Virus record (IMG/VR): IMGVR_UViG_3300049828_000427
Coordinates: 1 to 44,835 of that record
Strand: one strand, 5' to 3'
DNA: 44,835 bases
From: a virus
Lineage: Duplodnaviria > Caudoviricetes
The notes beneath the pieces were generated by a model. That model was not told the DNA's origin, searched no databases, and worked only from the letters and a program-made list of their open reading frames with translations. The position numbers were made by a program, and so were the translations under genes. Below are positions 18,569-28,250 of the stretch, piece after piece. How positions within the stretch are numbered: position 1 is the first letter of the stretch; every line of letters starts with the position of its first letter.

Positions 18569-21481
18569 ATGGCAGATTGGAGTAGTTATGCAAATATAAA
18601 CCCAACAAGTGATAAGAGGCACTACTATCCTTGCTTAGCCGTTGATAAAAATGGAGTAATACATGTTGCCTGCGTCTTTAACTATAATAAAGTTGTATAC
18701 TCTAAATCCAGTGATAAGGGAGTAACTTGGACAAATTGGATTGAGATAGGGACTCTAACTGCCAATGGATGTGACTATCCACGAATAGCTGTGGACTCTA
18801 ATGCCAATATTCACATTGTCGTAGCCAACATTGTAGGCTCGTATCGGGTCATAAAATATACAAAATCAACAAACGGGGGAGTAAGTTGGTCAGAATGGGC
18901 AACAATAGGCTCAGTTGGAACCTATAATCAAAAAAATCCCGCCATTGCTATTGATTCTAGTGATAACATTCATGTTGTATGGCACGGTAATGACGAAACA
19001 TATCAAACAGAATATACTGACTGCCAAATAAAATATATCAAATCAACCGATGGAGGTTCAAATTGGTCTGCTATCACAAACATTCAACCAAGTGCAAGTT
19101 ATGACTATGAGGTTCCGGATTTAATTTGTGATGCCGATGATATACTTCATATTGCGTGTACAGCATACAATAATTCAAGCTGGGTTTGTCAAGTGGCTTA
19201 CACTAGGTCTCTAAATGGAGGGGGCAACTGGTCATCTTGGGTTAGTGCCTGTACCGATGCAGACTACTTTCTCGCAGATCCAAAAATAGCAGTAGACTCA
19301 AATCAAAAAGTGCACATAGTTTTTCAAATTGATGCTGTTGACTGGGAAGGCTACTGGATAAAGTATGTATCCTCAAGTGATGGGAGTACTTGGGAGAGTG
19401 TAGAGACCCTGGCTAGCAATGAAAGTACGTATGTTGAATATAACTACCCTTGTATTGCCGTAGACTCAGATGACAATATATGTGTCGCCTTTTCTTTCGG
19501 GGATGAGTTTTTGTTTCAACAACTAACAAAAATAATTTTTATGAAAAGAAGTGGAAACACATGGGGGCTGCAAGAGGAAATAATCTCTGTCCAAGCTACC
19601 AACGAGAATAACTCAAAGAGGCAATTTTATCCCAAGATGTTTTTGGCTTATGATAACTCCCTAAGTATGGTATGGGCAGGAGGAGACCCAGCCTATTTTG
19701 AGTATCAAATCAAATACTCACGCTTAGAAGGTACAGTTACCTCCCCAACAACTCGGGTATTTCTGGAAATACTAGAATATCAAAGTACAAAAACGGCCGA
19801 AGCAGGGACCAGTTCAAGCCAAATAAAAATTACAGGGCATGGTTTAAGTCCTGAGGATTTTATAGTTAACACAACTAGGAGATGGGAAAATGCAGAAAGA
19901 GGAGCTCGCCTAGTTGGGGCAACAGGATTGGATGCTAATACAATTCCTCTGGATGATTCAATAACAGCTGGAGGACAACCGGGGATTGATTATGGGCCAC
20001 AAATAGAAGGCGATTCAGTTAGGCTTTACAAATATATTGATAGAACCAACATGGTGATGCCGGGGACTTTTAGGCTAAACAGGAAAGCAGGAGGCCAAAG
20101 CGAAGGAAGTTTTACCATGAAAACAAATAATAGCTTTATATTGTATCCCGGCAATTATATGCGGCTATATATGGTAAGTGGTGCAACAACAACACAGCTA
20201 TTCAGAGGAATAATAAACGAAGTAAGACAGCAATTACTGACCAACAAAGCCGGTATAAGTGACATGTATATGCAAGTTAGTTTTTATGGCTACAATCAGA
20301 TACCGGCAAGAAGGACCATACAAATATCATATCCTACAGGAACAACATACGGTGATATAGTACAAGATATGCTTGATTTATACTTATTCCAAGATGGGAT
20401 AAAGAAAACAACTATAGGTACAGGAGGAACACTTACCGAGGATTGGAGAAGCGATGCAATATCGATATCCGATGTATTGGATGAGTGTGCCGAAAAAAGT
20501 GGCTACCAGTGGTTCATAGATGATGAAGGTTACTTACAATTCTATGAGGAGCCAAGCACAATTCCTGATGCCGATATTTCAATTGATACAACAAGTAATG
20601 TAAGGCCCTTCAGGAAACTGGAGATGGATTGGTCATTAGATAACTACTATAACAAAACATTTGTTTGTGGCGGCTATGATGAAAAAGGAAATGATATAAT
20701 CTTCGGTGCAGAGGATTTTAGTAAATCCACCGAGATGCAAAACTTACATGCTGGCACTGGAGTTTACGGTGTAGTTGTAAAGGATGGAAGTATTACAGAA
20801 GGAGAATATAAAACAGCTGAATCAGCTACTACTTCAACCGTCATAGCCCAAACAAACCACGGTGTTCAAGCCGGAGACATCATCTGGAACTTTACAAGAG
20901 ATGTTTACCGTATTGTAAGGACCGTATTAAATGGGAACAGTTTTGAGGTAGATGAGATTGTTGGAATGGTTGGTTCTACTTCTGATACAGCCGAGGCTGG
21001 CACAACAACTACAATTATCAAAATGACTAACCATGGCTTAAATGTAGGTGATGGAATATACAACTCCACAAGGAATGCCTATAGAAATGTTGTAAGAGTT
21101 CTGGATGCTGACAATGTAACTGTTGATACAGTTCCAAGCCAAGCAGAAGGTGATACAATAAAAAGAGGCGGAGACATCATAGTGTATTTTAATCAAACAA
21201 ACAAGTTTATCAGAAATAAACTTAAAAAGGAATCAACAAGGCCAGCTAGTTTGTCCTTTGAGACAAATGTGCTATCAATTAATCCGGCCGAGAAGCTAAA
21301 TGTTAATATTCCTGAATTAAATATCAGTGATGAGGACTTCCTAGTCGAAAGTGTATCTATTTTTGATAATGGTTTAGGTCCTCAAAACTTTTGGGCAAGA
21401 ATAAACGCAACAAGGCGTGATGGTACAAACTTTACAACCCAAAGAATAGCAACTTATATTGACTTTTGGGGAGGTTTTTGA
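18569..21481 (+). CDS. Tail tip protein: N-terminal Asp-box (BNR) beta-propeller + baseplate-hub-like region with inserted HGL modules
   Basis: Five S.D/NGG.W Asp boxes; FRGII..V, DVLDECA..SGYQWFID..G.L.F hub-like motif. Confidence 0.8.
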   Translation: MADWSSYANINPTSDKRHYYPCLAVDKNGVIHVACVFNYNKVVYSKSSDKGVTWTNWIEIGTLTANGCDYPRIAVDSNANIHIVVANIVGSYRVIKYTKSTNGGVSWSEWATIGSVGTYNQKNPAIAIDSSDNIHVVWHGNDETYQTEYTDCQIKYIKSTDGGSNWSAITNIQPSASYDYEVPDLICDADDILHIACTAYNNSSWVCQVAYTRSLNGGGNWSSWVSACTDADYFLADPKIAVDSNQKVHIVFQIDAVDWEGYWIKYVSSSDGSTWESVETLASNESTYVEYNYPCIAVDSDDNICVAFSFGDEFLFQQLTKIIFMKRSGNTWGLQEEIISVQATNENNSKRQFYPKMFLAYDNSLSMVWAGGDPAYFEYQIKYSRLEGTVTSPTTRVFLEILEYQSTKTAEAGTSSSQIKITGHGLSPEDFIVNTTRRWENAERGARLVGATGLDANTIPLDDSITAGGQPGIDYGPQIEGDSVRLYKYIDRTNMVMPGTFRLNRKAGGQSEGSFTMKTNNSFILYPGNYMRLYMVSGATTTQLFRGIINEVRQQLLTNKAGISDMYMQVSFYGYNQIPARRTIQISYPTGTTYGDIVQDMLDLYLFQDGIKKTTIGTGGTLTEDWRSDAISISDVLDECAEKSGYQWFIDDEGYLQFYEEPSTIPDADISIDTTSNVRPFRKLEMDWSLDNYYNKTFVCGGYDEKGNDIIFGAEDFSKSTEMQNLHAGTGVYGVVVKDGSITEGEYKTAESATTSTVIAQTNHGVQAGDIIWNFTRDVYRIVRTVLNGNSFEVDEIVGMVGSTSDTAEAGTTTTIIKMTNHGLNVGDGIYNSTRNAYRNVVRVLDADNVTVDTVPSQAEGDTIKRGGDIIVYFNQTNKFIRNKLKKESTRPASLSFETNVLSINPAEKLNVNIPELNISDEDFLVESVSIFDNGLGPQNFWARINATRRDGTNFTTQRIATYIDFWGGF

Positions 21482-21482
21482 T

Positions 21483-21722
21483 ATGGCCAGAGCTAGTAAG
21501 AGAGTAGGTTTTGGCCCCAACAAAGGGGCCATTAATCCTAAAATATCCATTGGAACAGAAAAGCCAAAGAACCCCAAGAAGGATGACATACATATTGATT
21601 TTGTAAGGGGTAATTTAAGCCAATATGATGGTACCAATTGGATTGATTTTAGGTTGGTTTATGAAAGTGATACCGAGCCAGACAATAAGAATGTATTATG
21701 GTTAGATACAGGAGGTGCTTAA
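21483..21722 (+). CDS. Small tail fibre-associated protein
   Basis: GTEKP.NP...DI..YDGTNW..EP.NK.LWLDT; ATG 21483 after GGAGG. Confidence 0.7.
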   Translation: MARASKRVGFGPNKGAINPKISIGTEKPKNPKKDDIHIDFVRGNLSQYDGTNWIDFRLVYESDTEPDNKNVLWLDTGGA

Positions 21723-21723
21723 C

Positions 21724-23244
21724 ATGGCTAGGATATGGCAAGAAGGATTTGAGGATGGGTTGCCTTACACAGGATACCTAGAGGGAAACCCTAATAGCCA
21801 ACAAGTAAATGAATATAGCATAGCCACCTTCCCTTATTATGCTGCTTTATCTGAGGGAAGAAATGCATGTAGCAAATATAGTTTAAAGTTTGACAATGGG
21901 TCGGCAGCTGGTGTTCAATTAACAAAAACACTGAACACTTCAATTTCTGAAGGATACTTTAGGGTACATTTTAAGTATACGAGTGTGACCCCTTACTCAG
22001 ATTCTGAAGTGATTAGGATAAGAGACACTTCAGGTAACATTTTAATCGCTATAGTACACTCATCAACACAAAACACTTTTAAAGTAAAAGTCAGAAAAGC
22101 TGGGTCATATGCAGATGCTTACACTTTTAATCTCAGCTCTAACACTTGGATAAAGTTTGATATTTACTTTAAGGCAAATAGCAGTACTGGTGCTTACACT
22201 GTAAAAAAAGATGATGTTGTGATAAAAGAAGAAACGGGGATTAATACAGGGAGCTTAAATTTGTCACAAGTGGTTTTGGGCCACACCTTGCAAACGTCAA
22301 ATGTATACTACTTTGATGACATAGCTTTAAACGATACTTCCGGTTCAGCAAACAATAGTTGGTGTGGTAGCGGTACTATTGTTTCACTCAAACCGAAAGG
22401 CGAAGGCAACAAATCACAATGGGATGTGTGTGAAGGCTATGCAAAAGGTGTAAGTGGAACAACTACAACCAATATAAAGATAGTAGGACATGGATTATCA
22501 ACGAACGATGTAATATACAATAAAACAAGGGCTGCATACAGAATAATAACCTACGTTGATGCAGATAATTTTACTGTTTCAAGTGTCACAGGTCAAACAA
22601 CAGGAGACATCATTTTGTTATACAAAAATGTTGCAACTATTACTGCAACAACAGGCACCAGTGCGGACCACATTGTCATACCGGGGCACACACTCAAGTC
22701 GGGAGACCTGTATGTAAACACATCGGTTAGTAATGTGATAAGACCTGTTATATACGTCAATGGAAGTAGTGTATATAACTATTACGGCTTGGCCAACTCT
22801 CTGCCAGCTTTGGGAACAAATGATTATTCACAAGCCTCAGGAAACAGCATAAAAACGTTTGCCTTTACTCCTTATGCAATAAGCAATCATTGGGAGGCTG
22901 TATCAAATCAGACAGACCCCTCTCCTAAGTACAGTTATATCAAATCAACGACTTCAGGAGACATTGATACCTTTGATATGGAGGAGCTTACAGCTGACAA
23001 AAGTATTCCATCTGGCGCAAGCATAGTTGCCATTAGCCATAATATCTACGCCCAAGAGGCAGGTGCTGGGTCTCAAATAAAGCCTGTGTTTAGAATTGGA
23101 AGTACAGACTATGAAGGAAGTACAATTAGCCTAGGCAGCGGAACACTTCAATATCAAACCATTTACGAATCATCGCCTGCTACCTCATCAGCTTGGTCAA
23201 GATCTGAGGTTGATGGGCTTGAAGCAGGGGTGAAGTTAGTATAG
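21724..23244 (+). CDS. Tail/receptor-binding protein with lectin-like N-terminal domain and HGL modules
   Basis: EGFEDG..YFR.HF..W.K..YFDDIALND beta-sandwich pattern. Confidence 0.7.
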   Translation: MARIWQEGFEDGLPYTGYLEGNPNSQQVNEYSIATFPYYAALSEGRNACSKYSLKFDNGSAAGVQLTKTLNTSISEGYFRVHFKYTSVTPYSDSEVIRIRDTSGNILIAIVHSSTQNTFKVKVRKAGSYADAYTFNLSSNTWIKFDIYFKANSSTGAYTVKKDDVVIKEETGINTGSLNLSQVVLGHTLQTSNVYYFDDIALNDTSGSANNSWCGSGTIVSLKPKGEGNKSQWDVCEGYAKGVSGTTTTNIKIVGHGLSTNDVIYNKTRAAYRIITYVDADNFTVSSVTGQTTGDIILLYKNVATITATTGTSADHIVIPGHTLKSGDLYVNTSVSNVIRPVIYVNGSSVYNYYGLANSLPALGTNDYSQASGNSIKTFAFTPYAISNHWEAVSNQTDPSPKYSYIKSTTSGDIDTFDMEELTADKSIPSGASIVAISHNIYAQEAGAGSQIKPVFRIGSTDYEGSTISLGSGTLQYQTIYESSPATSSAWSRSEVDGLEAGVKLV

Positions 23245-23257
23245 GGGCGGTGATGAG

Positions 23258-24046
23258 GTGGCTACAAATGCGATAATCCCGAGTGTAAACCTGCAAACAG
23301 AAATAAATGCAAGTCAAGCAAAAATATCAAGTGTGTCTTTACAGTCCGAGGTTAACGGCACAAGTGTAAAGTTATCAAAGGTAAACCTTCAAGTTGAGTT
23401 AGCCGAGTTTCCCTATTTAGACACGCTCGATGCAACATCAATAACAGGCACAGCGGCCACTTTAAACGGGATTTTTTATAGTGGTATCTCTGCGGTCACT
23501 GAAATGGGGTTTGTATATGCCAAAACATCAAACCCTACAACCGCAAACTCTAAGAAAGTGATTACTACAAGCTCAGGTACACTTTCCGGAGCCATTATAG
23601 AGCTAGAGGCCCTCACAACTTACCACGTGAGAGCTTTTGTGACTGACTCTGTGGGAACGTATTATGGTGATGATGTTACTTTTAATACGCTGACAAATGG
23701 TGTGTCTGCAAGTGTGACGGGAACAGTGGGAAACTCAGATGCAGAAGGACTTGTTGCAAGCATAACTTTAACTAGTCGAGACGTGGAAGTTCCTAGCTTA
23801 AATCTTCAGGTAGAAACGACCATAACTCAAGTTGAAACGGTCAGTATTAACTTGCAAACTGAAATCATTATTCCAGAAGTTGCGATATCAGACGTATCCC
23901 TACAGGTAGAGGTTCTTCTTCCTGATGTGATAGCAATACTTAAAAAATATGTTAATGGAGCATGGGTGCCATACCCTCTTAAAAAGTATAATACAAGCAG
24001 TTGGAATGATTATCCGGTTAAAAAATACAATGGGACTTGGGAATAG
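23258..24046 (+). CDS. Tail-associated protein with FN3-like domain
   Basis: ATSIT.T.ATLNG..EMGFVY..L..TTYHVRAF..GTYYG..TF.T; SxNLQxE repeats. Confidence 0.7.
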   Translation: MATNAIIPSVNLQTEINASQAKISSVSLQSEVNGTSVKLSKVNLQVELAEFPYLDTLDATSITGTAATLNGIFYSGISAVTEMGFVYAKTSNPTTANSKKVITTSSGTLSGAIIELEALTTYHVRAFVTDSVGTYYGDDVTFNTLTNGVSASVTGTVGNSDAEGLVASITLTSRDVEVPSLNLQVETTITQVETVSINLQTEIIIPEVAISDVSLQVEVLLPDVIAILKKYVNGAWVPYPLKKYNTSSWNDYPVKKYNGTWE

Positions 24047-24058
24047 GAGGTGATACAT

Positions 24059-24286
24059 ATGTGCAAAGAAATATTTGATTATGTAAAACGATGGGGGATT
24101 TTTGCGGTATTATTTGTAGGTTTGTTAGTGTTCATGCTATCCGGTTATGAAAAAAGAGAGATAAAACTCATGGACTTCATCAAAATCCAGTCTGAAACAA
24201 ATGTCAAAGTATCGTCTACTCTAGAAAGGATAGACGTTAGAATGTGCAGTATAGAAGAAAAACTAAAAGAGGCTACTAAAAAATAA
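24059..24286 (+). CDS. Holin (BhlA/UviB-like)
   Basis: GIFAVLFVGLL TM followed by coiled coil EKRE.KL; directly precedes the endolysin. Confidence 0.75.
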   Translation: MCKEIFDYVKRWGIFAVLFVGLLVFMLSGYEKREIKLMDFIKIQSETNVKVSSTLERIDVRMCSIEEKLKEATKK

Positions 24287-24299
24287 GGAGGGCTAAAAC

Positions 24300-25061
24300 A
24301 TGGACAAAGAATTACAGGTATGGGCTCAAGAAAACATTCTATGGGCAGGTACAACTAAGACAAACAAATCCTCTAGAGAAGGACATGTCCCACTAGTGAT
24401 TGTAGACCACATAGTTGAAGGCTCAAGAGAAGCCTGCATTGATTGGTTTAATAATGAGATTAATAAAGATAGCTCAGCCCACTTTCTAGTGGCTAAAGAT
24501 GGAAAAGTCTATCAGTTTATGTCTATTGATTACAAGGCGTGGTCAAACGGATTAAAACCTGAGGACATTCCACACGCAACCGCTGAAATAGTGAAACAAC
24601 AAAACATAAACCCCAACTTCTATACAGTAAGCATAGAACATGAAGGTTTGTACTCAGAAACAAAAGGCAAGATAACAGCACAACAACTAGCATCCACGAA
24701 GATACTGCATAAATTCATAATCCAGTATGTGAAAGATGCTTTTGACCACGATATAGTTCCTTCTAGGGATACTATAATCGGACACTATGAAATTAATCCA
24801 ATACGTAGGCCAAACTGCCCCGGTGAGGAATACCCCTTTAATGAAATAATTGCTTTTCTTAGAGGTGTACCAACAGAAAAGACCTTCACCGATATAGATG
24901 GACACTGGGCACAGGACAATATTACACAGGCATACAACCTAGGCTTGGTCAAAGGAAGAGGAAACAACATCTTTGACCCAAATAGCCCAGTAACTAGAGC
25001 TGAGGCAGCTACAATGCTCTTAAGCCTGTATAATAAATTCCTGTATAATGAATTAAAGTAA
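24300..25061 (+). CDS. Endolysin: Amidase_2 + SLH domain
   Basis: IVDH..SSAHF..AWSNG..SIEHEG..IIGH..CPG; FTDIDGHWA..GLVKG..F.PN..VTRAEAA. Confidence 0.92.
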   Translation: MDKELQVWAQENILWAGTTKTNKSSREGHVPLVIVDHIVEGSREACIDWFNNEINKDSSAHFLVAKDGKVYQFMSIDYKAWSNGLKPEDIPHATAEIVKQQNINPNFYTVSIEHEGLYSETKGKITAQQLASTKILHKFIIQYVKDAFDHDIVPSRDTIIGHYEINPIRRPNCPGEEYPFNEIIAFLRGVPTEKTFTDIDGHWAQDNITQAYNLGLVKGRGNNIFDPNSPVTRAEAATMLLSLYNKFLYNELK

Positions 25062-25100
25062 AGGAAATAAAGTTGTTACCATAATAAAACACCTTTTGAA

Positions 25101-25126
25101 AGCGACCTTCGGGTCGCTATTTTTTT
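25101..25126 (+). terminator. Strong intrinsic terminator at the end of the late operon
   Basis: AGCGACC-TTCG-GGTCGCT-ATTTTTTT. Confidence 0.9.
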
Positions 25127-25160
25127 GCCCAGAACCGCTCTAAAAAGATAAAAAAAAGTA

Positions 25161-25189
25161 TTTACATTCGGGAAATATTATGATATAAT
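25161..25189 (+). promoter_or_regulatory. Promoter of the replication operon, TTTACA-17-TATAAT (TGn, A-tract UP element)
   Basis: -35 at 25161-25166, -10 at 25184-25189. Confidence 0.85.
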
Positions 25190-25227
25190 AGAATTATAGT
25201 AAACAAATACCTTTACAGGAGGATAAG

Positions 25228-25779
25228 ATGATGGATAAAAATGCTTTGGAAAGCCTTACGGTTAGTAAACTACTAGAGATAGCGAAAACAAAAGATATTA
25301 AAGGAAGGCATCACATGAAGAAAGCAGAGCTCATAGATGCGATAGTTAATAGTGAAGTAAGAGGTGTAGAGATGAATGTAGTGATTATTGATGAATCAAC
25401 CGTAATGACAAAAGACATCGAGAAGGACTTGGTATCAAGTGTCGAGTGGGATATAGAGCTCGATAATAAAAAGCAAGAACCACAAAGGGAAGTAAGGCAA
25501 AAATACACCTATGTAGACAGTGCCAAGATTGGTATGCTAATAGCGTTTAAAGTAAACGATACAAAGGTGTTAAGCGGCATGATAGACGAAATACACAAAC
25601 ATGAGTTTGTAGTGACAACTAGAAATGGAATACGATTTACTATCAGAAAAAACAATGTAATATGGGTAAAAACAGGAACAAGATGGCCCAAGGGTGTTTA
25701 CCAAGCATTGAGAGGAGAGACAACTAGTGGATATAAAAGCATTAGTGAAAAACACGAGGATAATAGAGAGGGAAATTGA
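25228..25779 (+). CDS. Rho-N/HeH domain protein
   Basis: LESLTVSKLLEIAK..IKG...MKKAELIDAI. Confidence 0.8.
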   Translation: MMDKNALESLTVSKLLEIAKTKDIKGRHHMKKAELIDAIVNSEVRGVEMNVVIIDESTVMTKDIEKDLVSSVEWDIELDNKKQEPQREVRQKYTYVDSAKIGMLIAFKVNDTKVLSGMIDEIHKHEFVVTTRNGIRFTIRKNNVIWVKTGTRWPKGVYQALRGETTSGYKSISEKHEDNREGN

Positions 25780-26224
25780 GGCAATGCAAAAAACTCTCTT
25801 AGAGAACAAATCAAAAATACAAATGTATTTTGATAAGAACCCAGACGTGAACATTATCACTGTCACATCTAGAAATTTAGAAAAAGGTTCTAAAGTTATA
25901 GAGGCTAAAAAAGTAGAAAGGGTCTATATTGATTATGATATTCCTGCTTTACAAAAGAAATTAGACAAAGATGTGTTTGATAAAATAGCCAACAAACAAT
26001 TCGTGGTCAATGATATGGATGGACTAATTGAATTGCTAAAAGAATCAGGAATAAAACCAAAAGAGTTTAAGCCTTTTATTCAGGTCCTTTTAACACCGAA
26101 TAAGGAAGCACTCAAACAAGCCTACGAGGTAGGTACAATTACAAAAACAGATTTAGATGGATGTTATACCGCTAAGCTTGTAAAAAGTGTACAAATTAAA
26201 GAAAAGAAGGTAGATGACAATTGA
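25727..26224 (+). CDS. Hypothetical replication-region protein
   Basis: AGGAG RBS with GTG start; overlaps both neighbours. Confidence 0.7.
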   Translation: MDIKALVKNTRIIEREIEAMQKTLLENKSKIQMYFDKNPDVNIITVTSRNLEKGSKVIEAKKVERVYIDYDIPALQKKLDKDVFDKIANKQFVVNDMDGLIELLKESGIKPKEFKPFIQVLLTPNKEALKQAYEVGTITKTDLDGCYTAKLVKSVQIKEKKVDDN

Positions 26225-27164
26225 CAAAGGTACAGCATTGGCAAAGGTTTTGCATTACTACGGTTTGCTTGATGGGAATGAGACCTTTAAAATAGTTTGC
26301 CCCTTTCATGAGGACGTTAATGCAAGCCTTTTAGTAAATTTATTTGATGGTAGTTTTTATTGTTTTGGTTGCCATGCTTCCGGTGATGCTATGCACTTTG
26401 TAAAGCTAGTAAATAAAAAGTGGGATGACTTACATGCATGTATCAAATATTTTAGAATAATCCGAAGCAAGAAGACCAAGCATTTAAAGATGGTCAAGCA
26501 TGAGGCAAGAATAAAAAACGATGTAGCCCTCAATATGCAAGCCCACGATTATTACTACGGCTTAAAAACAATAGATTGGTATAGGGAAAGTTCAGAAATA
26601 AAGACATACATGCAAAAACGAGGATTTAGGACAGGCACCCTAAACAAATGTAAAGCTAAGATTAACTACAATGAAATGTATCCAATAATATTCCCAATGT
26701 TTGACATGGGAGTGTTTAGAGGATGGGTATGCAGGACTAATAACAAACGTATTGAGCAAAAAAGGAAGTACTTATATAATGAAGGATTTAGCCGAAGGGA
26801 TACTTTGGTAGGTAACTATTCAGGCAAAACTGTAGTACTGGTAGAAGGCTACATGGATTGGCTAAAGATGGTACAAGCAGGACTAAACCAAGTAGCGGCT
26901 ATCCTTGGATGGAAAATAACACAACCACAAATTGAGAAACTAAAAAAGCAAGGAGTAACTACTATAATATCAGCATTGGATACTGATAGTTGTGGTGAAA
27001 AAGGAACACAATATCTTAAAAGCTTCTTTAAAGTAGTCAGATTTGCATTCCCCGAAGGAATAAAAGACCCTGGGGAAATGGATAAACGCCAGATAAAATT
27101 GGCGATAAAAAATACTAAAAAGATAATCAGGAGGGTTCAAAATGGGATTAGTAAACGACATTAA
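26214..27164 (+). CDS. dnaG: DNA primase (CHC2 zinc finger + Toprim)
   Basis: CPFHED..S..FYCFGC; VEGYMD; ALDTD..G; KDPGE. Confidence 0.9.
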   Translation: MTIDKGTALAKVLHYYGLLDGNETFKIVCPFHEDVNASLLVNLFDGSFYCFGCHASGDAMHFVKLVNKKWDDLHACIKYFRIIRSKKTKHLKMVKHEARIKNDVALNMQAHDYYYGLKTIDWYRESSEIKTYMQKRGFRTGTLNKCKAKINYNEMYPIIFPMFDMGVFRGWVCRTNNKRIEQKRKYLYNEGFSRRDTLVGNYSGKTVVLVEGYMDWLKMVQAGLNQVAAILGWKITQPQIEKLKKQGVTTIISALDTDSCGEKGTQYLKSFFKVVRFAFPEGIKDPGEMDKRQIKLAIKNTKKIIRRVQNGISKRH

Positions 27165-27906
27165 AAACCAAGTAAAGAATTCAGGCATAAACAAAGGAAA
27201 GTTTATCTACTTCAAGCCCGGTGTAAAAGTGAGGATACGTTTTAGACAAGACATGGATGACGGAATGAAAGTACTATTCCATGATAGCTATGCACAAGGA
27301 ATTAATGTACCATGCCAAGAGATATTTGGTAAGAAATGCAAGTACTGTAATAATGATGAGTTAAGGCATCGTGATAGCTATATTTGGTCAGTATATGACT
27401 ATGAGGCAAAAGAGGATAAACTCCTACTCTCTCCTGTAAATAACTGCACTCCAATACCAGCTTTGGTTGGAATGTATGACACATATGGGACAATCACAGA
27501 CAGAGATTATGTAATAACAAGAAACGGCACTCAACAACAGACAACTTACAGTGTTGTTCCAATGGACAAAGTAAGCTTTAAGAACAATACATCAAAACCT
27601 TTTAGTGAATCAAAAATAATATCCTTATTAAAGAAGGCATTCTCTGATGAAGTACCTGTAGATGAAGACGAGGATGAAGATGAAGAACCAAAAAAGAAAG
27701 CAAAGAAGAGTAAAGTAGTAGTGGAAGAGGATGAAGACGAAACTACTGATTACGAAGAAATGTCATCAAAGGAATTGTATAAACTATGCCTTTCAAGGGA
27801 TTTAAAAGTAAAACCTAAGAAGGATGCAGAGTATTATATCGAAAAGCTAGAGGAAGCTGATGAAAAAGAAGATAGTGATGACGATGATGACGAATGGGAT
27901 GACTAA
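27142..27906 (+). CDS. Single-stranded DNA-binding protein (gp32-like) with HeH module and acidic tail
   Basis: RIRF..H..C...C..C zinc site; DY.ITR.G...TTYSV.P; ends DDDDDEWDD. Confidence 0.75.
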   Translation: MGLVNDIKNQVKNSGINKGKFIYFKPGVKVRIRFRQDMDDGMKVLFHDSYAQGINVPCQEIFGKKCKYCNNDELRHRDSYIWSVYDYEAKEDKLLLSPVNNCTPIPALVGMYDTYGTITDRDYVITRNGTQQQTTYSVVPMDKVSFKNNTSKPFSESKIISLLKKAFSDEVPVDEDEDEDEEPKKKAKKSKVVVEEDEDETTDYEEMSSKELYKLCLSRDLKVKPKKDAEYYIEKLEEADEKEDSDDDDDEWDD

Positions 27907-28249
27907 TAAGGAGGGGGAGCCTGCCTCCCCTTCTCTAACTGATATATTTAATGCTCAGATGGAGTTCCAGAAATCAATCACGGGTTTGCAAACGCCTGTT
28001 GACGACGTAACATGGTTTAACTACCACATGACAGCAATGACAGAAGAGCTAGGCGAAGTACTTAGGGCCGATAAGAGATGGAAAACGCATAGGAATGCCA
28101 AATTCGATCCTGAAAACAAACTTGAGGAAATAGCGGACGTGTTTATAACAGCCATAAATATTGCATTGTATTCAAACTATAACGCTAAAGATATAGCAAA
28201 CAGAATAATGACTAAAATACAAGAAAATACGGAAAAGCGGAGGGCTTAA
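27860..28249 (+). CDS. All-alpha NTP pyrophosphatase (dimeric dUTPase/dCTPase, MazG superfamily); start probably ATG 27899
   Basis: EELGEV...KRWK...LEEIADVFI. Confidence 0.85.
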   Translation: MKKKIVMTMMTNGMTNKEGEPASPSLTDIFNAQMEFQKSITGLQTPVDDVTWFNYHMTAMTEELGEVLRADKRWKTHRNAKFDPENKLEEIADVFITAINIALYSNYNAKDIANRIMTKIQENTEKRRA

Positions 28250-28250
28250 T

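Noticed and set aside
18569-24046. Diversity-generating retroelement or invertible tail cassette
   Set aside because: No reverse transcriptase or invertase; the repeats are diverged at protein level rather than near-identical copies differing at adenines
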